NCBI GenBank assembly: GCA_963716395.1
Contig: OY970309.1
Location: forward strand, 2,880,001 to 2,944,000
Length of the DNA: 64,000 nucleotides
Source of the DNA: an uncultured Fibrobacteria bacterium
GTDB lineage: Bacteria > Fibrobacterota > Fibrobacteria > UBA11236
Reading direction: 5' to 3'
Position numbers and translations under genes: made by a program. The notes below the pieces were generated by a model. The model saw nothing but the letters and a program-made list of their open reading frames with translations, did not search any database and had not been told where the DNA came from. The number at the start of each line of letters is the position of its first letter. Position 1 is the stretch's first letter. Of the stretch, positions 57,840 through 64,000 are shown piece after piece.

Positions 57840-58871
57840 TTATTCCGCCGCGTGGCCGCCGCTCCGCGTGGCGAATTCCACATCCTCCATTTGGGGGGCG
57901 TTCATCAGTTCTTGCAAGACCGTGGCCAGATCTTTGCCTTCGAAGAGCAGGGCGTACAGCCCCTCCAGGATTTGCATGCGAATGCCCAGGTCTTTGGCCT
58001 TGTGAAACACGATGCGGACGGTGTGCACACCTTCGGCCACATCGCCGACTTCGCGTTGGGCCTCGCTTAGGGTTTTGCCTTCGCCGAGCAAATGGCCGAT
58101 GCGGAAATTGCGGCTCAGAGGTGATGCGCAGGTGGCGACAAGATCCCCCACGCCGGCCAGACCCAGAAAAGTGATGGGATCGGCGCCCAGCCTGGCCGCG
58201 AAGCGGCTCATCTCGGCCAGGCCGCGGGTCAGCAGCATACCGCGCGTATTGTCTCCCAGGCGCAGGGCGGCGATCAAACCCGTGGCGATGGCGTAGATGT
58301 TTTTCAACACGCCGCCCCACTCCACACCCCGCACGTCGCGGCTGCTGTATACTCGGAAATAGGAGCACGACAGCGCCTGCTGTACCGCGGCGATGACTTC
58401 ATCGTAAAGGCTCGCGATCACCGTGCCGCTGGGTACCTTGGAGGCGATCTCCTTGGCCAGGTTCGGTCCGCTCAGGGCGCCGATTTTCAGGCAGCAGGTT
58501 TCTTCGCGCAGAATTTCCGTCATCAGTTTGCAGGTGCGATCTTCGATGCCCTTGGTGGTGCTCACCAGCATTTGTCCGCCGTCCATCCAATCGCCGAGGC
58601 GGCGGGCCACGCTGCGGAAATGGGGACTGGGAATGCACACGAGCACCAAGGCGCAGCCGGCCGAGGCGGCCCGCAAATCGTCGGTGGCGGTAATTCCGTC
58701 GCTGAGCCGGAAGCCCGGCAGGTACTTGCGGTTCTCATGCGTGGCGTTGAATTCGGCGGCGGATTCGGCTGAGCGAAACCATAAACGCACGGGAACGCCC
58801 TGGTTGCCGATGATGTCGGCGAGTGCGCTGCCGAAGCTGCCGCCGCCGATGATGCCTACGGGTTCCGTCAC
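57840..58871 (-). CDS. gpsA: NAD(P)H-dependent glycerol-3-phosphate dehydrogenase
   Basis: GGGSFG, TKGIE, LSGPNLAKE, GGVLKNIYAI, GLAGVGDLVATC, SRN, AEG; GTG start. Confidence 0.95.
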   Translation of the reverse strand: MTEPVGIIGGGSFGSALADIIGNQGVPVRLWFRSAESAAEFNATHENRKYLPGFRLSDGITATDDLRAASAGCALVLVCIPSPHFRSVARRLGDWMDGGQMLVSTTKGIEDRTCKLMTEILREETCCLKIGALSGPNLAKEIASKVPSGTVIASLYDEVIAAVQQALSCSYFRVYSSRDVRGVEWGGVLKNIYAIATGLIAALRLGDNTRGMLLTRGLAEMSRFAARLGADPITFLGLAGVGDLVATCASPLSRNFRIGHLLGEGKTLSEAQREVGDVAEGVHTVRIVFHKAKDLGIRMQILEGLYALLFEGKDLATVLQELMNAPQMEDVEFATRSGGHAAE

Positions 58872-58878
58872 GGTTTCC

Positions 58879-60495
58879 TCACGTCGCCAGGCCGTAATGC
58901 TCCAGGCGGTTGCGGTAATAATAGAGCAACTTGAGATCCAGCGAATACACCCGGTCCTTCTCCTCGCGCAATACTTGGCGATCATGATAGCTCCGGAATT
59001 GCGCCAGCGCGACCGCGAATACTTCCGGGGCCAAAGCGGTGCGCAGGGTGTCTTCCAGGCGAACGCCTCCCTGCGCTTCCAGCCGCCGCAGCGTTTCCAC
59101 CAAGGCTTGCAGGCGTCCCAAAACCGCGGTGCGCGGGACCGCATACGCCCTTCCCCTGCGACGCAGAAAGGCGGAAAAATCGGCTTCGTCCGCGGCGGCG
59201 CGCAAGGCGGAGAAGGCGGCGAAGGCCGCGGCCTGGGTGCACAGCACCGTGTTGCAGCGCAGAAAGGCGCCGGCCACCTCGCCGCCCAAGGCGCGGATGT
59301 ATTCGTGATCGCGCTGCGGCGACGGGGCCGGCGCGCCGTGCACCGCGACGTAACGCGCGCGTTCCACCGGTCGGGCCTGGCGGTCGCGCGAGACGCCTGC
59401 GGCGTCCACGGTATTTCCGAACAAGTCGATGGGAGCGCCGAAGTGCAGATGCACCTGGGAATTCAGGCTTTGCAGGTTGCGCCAGAAGCGCAGCCAGCGC
59501 AGGGGGCGGGATAAACCCGGCGGGCGCGCGAAGAAGCGGCTTTGTCCCTGGGCGCGTAGGTACTCTTCGATCAGGGGTTTGGCTTCGAGCACCACCCCGT
59601 AGGAAAGGGCGGCGGGTACCACGAAGAAATCGGGCGCGGCGGAACCGCGGCGCAGGTTGTCGATATACGCCTCCAAGGCGCACCCGAGCAACCCCAGTTT
59701 GAGGTGGACCTCGACGTCGCCGCGCCGGTTGCGCGTGCCACCGGGAAAAATGAGATGATGCCGGCCGCTTTCCATCGACAGCGTCGCGTATTGCTTGAGG
59801 GTGTCCTTGTACAGGGTGTTTTTCTTGCGTCGATCCACCTTATACGCGCCGAGCTGATTCATGAAAAACGCCAGCAGCGGATTGCCGAACAGGTTCAAGC
59901 CCGCGCCGTAGGAGAAGGGCGGCAGTTGCGCGCGGTACAAGCCCAGCCCCACGACGATGGAATCGAGATTGCTGACATGGGTCGGAACCAGGACGAGCGT
60001 GCCGCGCTCCGCCAAAGCCCGAATGGTCTCGACCGGGCCGCTGACCTTGAGGGTTTCCTCCAGGTTCAGGCGACGGAGGAACAAGGCGGAGAAGATTCCG
60101 GCGGGTGACAGGCGGTTCAACAGCAGCTTGAGAAACCAGGCCAGCACCCGCGCCGCCAGGTGGTACAAGACCGGGTTGAAGGTGCCGTGGATTTCCTCGG
60201 CATAACGGCGTGCGAGAGCCGCCACGATTTCTTCACGATTTTCGGCGGAGACGGTTTCGGCAGCAGCGGCGATGCGGCGCCAGAATTTGCGGTCACCCCG
60301 AGGGTGGCCTCCGCCGGCAGCCTGCTTTTCATTTTCCTGCCGGATGGCTTCGTGGATCAGAAATTCCAGTGAGGTGCCGTCACGGCGGCCACGATCCCGT
60401 TCGATCTGCAAGACCCGAGCCACCACAGCGTCGACGACCGAGGCTTTGTCCTCCCAGATCGCGTCGGGGGATGCGTTCTTCAGGTTCGCGCCCAA
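58879..60495 (-). CDS. Glycerol-3-phosphate acyltransferase (PlsB-like); start approximate
   Basis: PTHVSNLD (HxxxxD), GAGLNLF, GAYKVDRR, FPGGTR, KLGLL, YYRNRLEHY. Confidence 0.85.
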   Translation of the reverse strand: MGANLKNASPDAIWEDKASVVDAVVARVLQIERDRGRRDGTSLEFLIHEAIRQENEKQAAGGGHPRGDRKFWRRIAAAAETVSAENREEIVAALARRYAEEIHGTFNPVLYHLAARVLAWFLKLLLNRLSPAGIFSALFLRRLNLEETLKVSGPVETIRALAERGTLVLVPTHVSNLDSIVVGLGLYRAQLPPFSYGAGLNLFGNPLLAFFMNQLGAYKVDRRKKNTLYKDTLKQYATLSMESGRHHLIFPGGTRNRRGDVEVHLKLGLLGCALEAYIDNLRRGSAAPDFFVVPAALSYGVVLEAKPLIEEYLRAQGQSRFFARPPGLSRPLRWLRFWRNLQSLNSQVHLHFGAPIDLFGNTVDAAGVSRDRQARPVERARYVAVHGAPAPSPQRDHEYIRALGGEVAGAFLRCNTVLCTQAAAFAAFSALRAAADEADFSAFLRRRGRAYAVPRTAVLGRLQALVETLRRLEAQGGVRLEDTLRTALAPEVFAVALAQFRSYHDRQVLREEKDRVYSLDLKLLYYYRNRLEHYGLAT

Positions 60496-61148
60496 TTCCG
60501 CACGTCGGCGGCGGTGACGGATTGCAGATTCGGCACCACGCGATCGGCCGCGGCCAGTTCCCCGGCGGGATGGGTGCCGGCCACACCGACGGCATGCATG
60601 CCCGCGCGCTTGGCCGCAGCGAGGCCGGCCGGCGCGTCCTCGAACACCACGCAGCATTCGGGCGGGGTGTGCAGCGCCTCGGCGGCGCGCAGAAACACCT
60701 GGGGATCGGGTTTGCCGCGATCCACGTCTTCGGCCGCGACCAGCGCGTCGAAGTCCGACTCAAGATGCAGCAGGCGCAGGCAGGTGGTGATATTGAGGCG
60801 ATGGGTGGAAGAGGCGATGGCGCGGGGCACACCCTGGGCGCGCAGCCGGGCTACGAATTCGCGGGCGCCGGGCAAAACGCAAATGCCCTGACGGGCGACC
60901 AATTCGCGAAAGAGTTCCTCTTTGCGCAATGACAACCGCTCCATTTCGCGCGGGTCGCGCGTCCATCCCAGCAAATCAGCGATGATGGCTTCGTTTTTCA
61001 TGCCGAAGCCGCGCTTGAAATGCCCGGCGGGCAGAGCCCGTCCGCCTTCGGCCGCGAGCAATTCCCAACTGGCTTCGTGCTGGCGCGAAGAGTCGACCAG
61101 GACACCGTCCCAATCGAAAATGACGGCGGGCGACAGCGAGGCGATCAT
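60480..61148 (-). CDS. HAD-family phosphatase (beta-PGM-like)
   Basis: IFDWDGVLVDS, ASS, GKPDP, VFEDAPAG. Confidence 0.9.
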   Translation of the reverse strand: MIASLSPAVIFDWDGVLVDSSRQHEASWELLAAEGGRALPAGHFKRGFGMKNEAIIADLLGWTRDPREMERLSLRKEELFRELVARQGICVLPGAREFVARLRAQGVPRAIASSTHRLNITTCLRLLHLESDFDALVAAEDVDRGKPDPQVFLRAAEALHTPPECCVVFEDAPAGLAAAKRAGMHAVGVAGTHPAGELAAADRVVPNLQSVTAADVRNWART

Positions 61149-61211
61149 GCACATCCGGGGGGTGAAGTGGCAGCGCGAATGGTAAAAAAGCGCACCGCGA
61201 TTTTCGTGTGC

Positions 61212-61403
61212 TTACGGGGACGATCCATCTTCCGGCCAGTGAAAATACAAGCAAACCGACTCCATCAGGGCATCGGTTTCCGCGCGCACGAAAATCCAAC
61301 CCTCATGCCAGCGTTTCTCGGCTTCGGTATGGATGACTTCGGCCAACTGCGCCGGCTCCCAATCGGAAGGCAGGGGAATCCAGGAAACGCGCTCGCGGCC
61401 CAC
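61212..61403 (-). CDS. Small hypothetical protein
   Basis: 63-aa ORF from GTG 61403, preceded by TGg-TATGAT 6 nt upstream. Confidence 0.5.
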   Translation of the reverse strand: MGRERVSWIPLPSDWEPAQLAEVIHTEAEKRWHEGWIFVRAETDALMESVCLYFHWPEDGSSP

Positions 61404-61489
61404 GCCGCAATCATACCACCTCGGTGGCATCACTCTGTGCGCTTTCGGAACGCGCCGGAAATCACGATGCGTCGTCTTAGATTTAAAAC

Positions 61490-63709
61490 GTGCGCTCCCG
61501 GGGATGGTTCCATGGACGGATGCTGGTGTTCTGCTGGGGATGGGCCTGGGGATTGCTGGCGCTGGCGCACGCGGCGGGTTCGGATTCCGCCTCCGATTTG
61601 GAAAACGCCGGCGACTCCGCCACCGACACCGCGGCCGTCGACACGGTTTCAGCTCCCGAAGCGTTGCCGTCGCCTCCCGCGGGGGGCGTCGACACTTCGC
61701 TGCGTTCGCGCGTGCAGGCCGTGTGGCGCGGCGCCTTAGTCGAATTTCACGCCGGCCATTACGCCGCCGCCGCCCGCCGTGTGCGCGCCGCCGAGGCGCC
61801 CGAGCCGCTGGCCTTGATCTACCGTGCTTCGTTTTTCGCCGAAGCCTCTTTGCGTGCCGGGTTGCGCCGTCAGGCCGACAGCGCCGTGGCCGCGGCGTTA
61901 CCCTCGGCGCCGGGCCGCGCCTGGCAGCGCTATTTCTACCGCCTGCGCCTGGCGGCGTTTCCCTTTGATTCCGCCGCGCCGCCGGCGCTCAAGCAATTCT
62001 GCCTGCAGGCTTTGGCCGCTCCGTTGGAATCTCCCGTCAAAACCGAATTACTCTATCGCCTGTTGCACCTCGATTCCACGGCGCTTCCCGACTCCGAGCG
62101 CCGCGAGGCCCTGCGGCAATTGATCCGCGTGGCGCCCCGCGACGCGCGCCTCGACAGTCTCTACCGGTTGCGGGCCGCGCGCTTTCCGCCGGGGCATGGC
62201 GATTGGGACGAGCAGAAATTGCTGTTGGCCTGGGAGGAGAAACTGGGACGGGCGGCCGATGCGCTGGCGCGCGCCCAAGCCCTGCTGCCTTCGGCGCCGG
62301 GTGCGTCGGAGCGGCAATGGCTGCTGTGGAGCACCGCGCGCTTCGAGGTGGAAAAAGGCGCCGATTCCGCCGCCGTGCAAACCTATCGGGAGTACCGGAA
62401 AAGTTACGGCGATTCGCCCAACCTGCTGTTGCAGTTGGCCCGGACCTACCGCAACCTGTCGGATTCCTCGGAATCGCGTTTTTGGTACGACGCCTTTGCC
62501 GAGAAATATCCGCATTCTCCCACCACGGCGGACATCCATTGGATGCATGCCTTTGAGGCCGAAATGGCCGGCCGCATTCCCGAAGCCGTGGCGGAATATT
62601 CCTTTCTCTCCAGCCTGTATCCGCATACCCGCCAGGGCGAATGGGCCGAGTTTCGCATCGGGTGGTTGTATTACAAACAAAGCGACTATGCCGCGGCGCG
62701 CCAATATTTCCAATCAACTCTGGCCCTGGATTCCTCTTCGGCCGCCGGTCAGGCTGCGGCGTTCTGGGATGCGCGCACCTGCGACGCGCTGCGCGATACC
62801 GCCGTGGGCCGGGCCAAGCGCCGGAGCTTGTGCGCGCGCTACCCCTTCGGATTCTACGGACACGTGGCCACCTTCGATCTGCAATCCCGCCACGCCTTGC
62901 CCGACAGCCTAAGTTGGGCCCGGCGCTTCGCTTCCGGGGATTCCGCTGCGGTCAAAACCTGGATGCGGCAAATTCCGGGATTTCAAGACACCACGGTGTT
63001 TCCCCAGGAAAGCGAATACCTGCCTTTGGCGCAGTTGTTCGCGTGGCATCTCGACACTTTAATATCGCTGACCGTGCGCAGCCTTTCCGACGCCGACTGC
63101 GCCAATCCCTGGGCCGTGTACCGGGCGGCGCGCCGCTGCCAAGACGGCGGACTGTGGCGCGAGGCCAATGTATTGCGCCAGCATCTGGCTGCCCGCATTC
63201 CGCTGGAACTGTGGGGCGGGGCTCCCAAACCCGTACTGCGCGTGCTGTATCCGCCCGCCTACGGCACGATAGTGCATCGCGCCGCGGCGCATGCCGCCCT
63301 GCCGGCGGCCTTGGTCTTCGCGCTGATGAAACAGGAAAGCGGCTTCAACCCCCTGGCCGTCTCCTCGGCCGGGGCGCGGGGATTGATGCAGATGATGCCC
63401 GTCACGGCGGCGTTGCAAGCCAAGCATTTGGACTGGAGCCGCTTCGACGCCGACACCCTGTTTCAGCCGGAGGCCAATATCACCCTCGGGGTCGCTTATC
63501 TCGCCGGCGTGGTCCAGCGCTATGGCGGCAATCTTTATTTCGCGCTGGCGCATTACAATGCCGGGGCCGCGGCTTTGTCCGATTGGATGCCGCGCCTGGC
63601 CGGCCGCCCGGCCGAGAACATGGTGGAAGATTTGGACTATACCGAAACGCGCGAATATGTGAAACGGGTGCTGGCCAATTTCTGGACCTACCAGGCGCTG
63701 AACGAGTAA
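61490..63709 (+). CDS. Soluble lytic murein transglycosylase with TPR repeats (Slt70-like)
   Basis: Signal peptide, TPRs, KQESGFNP, GARGLMQ, YNAG, ETREYV. Confidence 0.92.
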   Translation: MRSRGWFHGRMLVFCWGWAWGLLALAHAAGSDSASDLENAGDSATDTAAVDTVSAPEALPSPPAGGVDTSLRSRVQAVWRGALVEFHAGHYAAAARRVRAAEAPEPLALIYRASFFAEASLRAGLRRQADSAVAAALPSAPGRAWQRYFYRLRLAAFPFDSAAPPALKQFCLQALAAPLESPVKTELLYRLLHLDSTALPDSERREALRQLIRVAPRDARLDSLYRLRAARFPPGHGDWDEQKLLLAWEEKLGRAADALARAQALLPSAPGASERQWLLWSTARFEVEKGADSAAVQTYREYRKSYGDSPNLLLQLARTYRNLSDSSESRFWYDAFAEKYPHSPTTADIHWMHAFEAEMAGRIPEAVAEYSFLSSLYPHTRQGEWAEFRIGWLYYKQSDYAAARQYFQSTLALDSSSAAGQAAAFWDARTCDALRDTAVGRAKRRSLCARYPFGFYGHVATFDLQSRHALPDSLSWARRFASGDSAAVKTWMRQIPGFQDTTVFPQESEYLPLAQLFAWHLDTLISLTVRSLSDADCANPWAVYRAARRCQDGGLWREANVLRQHLAARIPLELWGGAPKPVLRVLYPPAYGTIVHRAAAHAALPAALVFALMKQESGFNPLAVSSAGARGLMQMMPVTAALQAKHLDWSRFDADTLFQPEANITLGVAYLAGVVQRYGGNLYFALAHYNAGAAALSDWMPRLAGRPAENMVEDLDYTETREYVKRVLANFWTYQALNE

Positions 63710-63751
63710 CCCCCGCTTGCTAGTTTGTTCAGTTCTCTAGGGGGCGGGCGC

Positions 63752-64000
63752 ATGCGGGCGTCAGGCAAGACGAAAATCGCGATGGTGTTCTCGCTCGCCG
63801 CCTGGCTTCCGGCCGGCGCGGGTACCGGCTGTTTTCCGCTGGCGCGGCTCAAATACGGCGGCGGGGGAGACTGGTACGCCGGGACCACCATGCTGCCCAA
63901 TCTGGCCCAAAGCCTGCGCTCGGATCTCGGCCTCAATGTGTGTCCCGAAGAGCGTACGGTCGATTTGCTGTCGAGCAACCTGTACGAAACGCCGGTGCTG
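63752..64000 (+). CDS. DUF4159-like protein, 3' partial
   Basis: Signal-like N-terminus, then LARLKYGGGGDWY...PNL; frame open to the window end. Confidence 0.75.
   Translation, partial: MRASGKTKIAMVFSLAAWLPAGAGTGCFPLARLKYGGGGDWYAGTTMLPNLAQSLRSDLGLNVCPEERTVDLLSSNLYETPVL

Overview
A GC-rich, gene-dense bacterial chromosome segment of about 46 genes, most consistent with a polysaccharide-degrading Fibrobacterota genome (inferred from a DCGD-type GH9 and C-terminal sorting-like domains on secreted proteins). No rRNA, tRNA, CRISPR array, prophage or transposase was seen. Housekeeping genes include futalosine menaquinone genes (mqnD, mqnB), manC, rdgB, system II cytochrome c biogenesis, thpR, cutA, purE/purK, gpsA with a PlsB-like acyltransferase, acylphosphatase and Slt. 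Secreted proteins include a CE1-like esterase, a GSDH-type dehydrogenase, a vWA protein, a dihaem cytochrome, an alpha/beta hydrolase and a 1.6k-aa GH9. The best candidate for an undescribed system is a coupled pair of membrane-anchored TPR proteins (38245-43274). One has an intact C39-like Cys-His-Asp peptidase domain and the other a catalytically dead copy; a small 2-TM protein and an ABC exporter follow. Other notable items: an HTTM/vitamin-K-carboxylase-like protein beside a DCC thiol oxidoreductase, an XRE-SDR-divergent QueA module with a direct-repeat operator, a transglutaminase/circularly permuted ATP-grasp operon, two related MITE-like elements, two classes of C-terminal sorting domain, and many apparently leaderless genes. 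Homopolymer frameshifts (DCC, rdgB, purE) and an indel-dense patch in the vWA gene probably reflect assembly error. All family calls are from motif recognition by eye; no searches were run.
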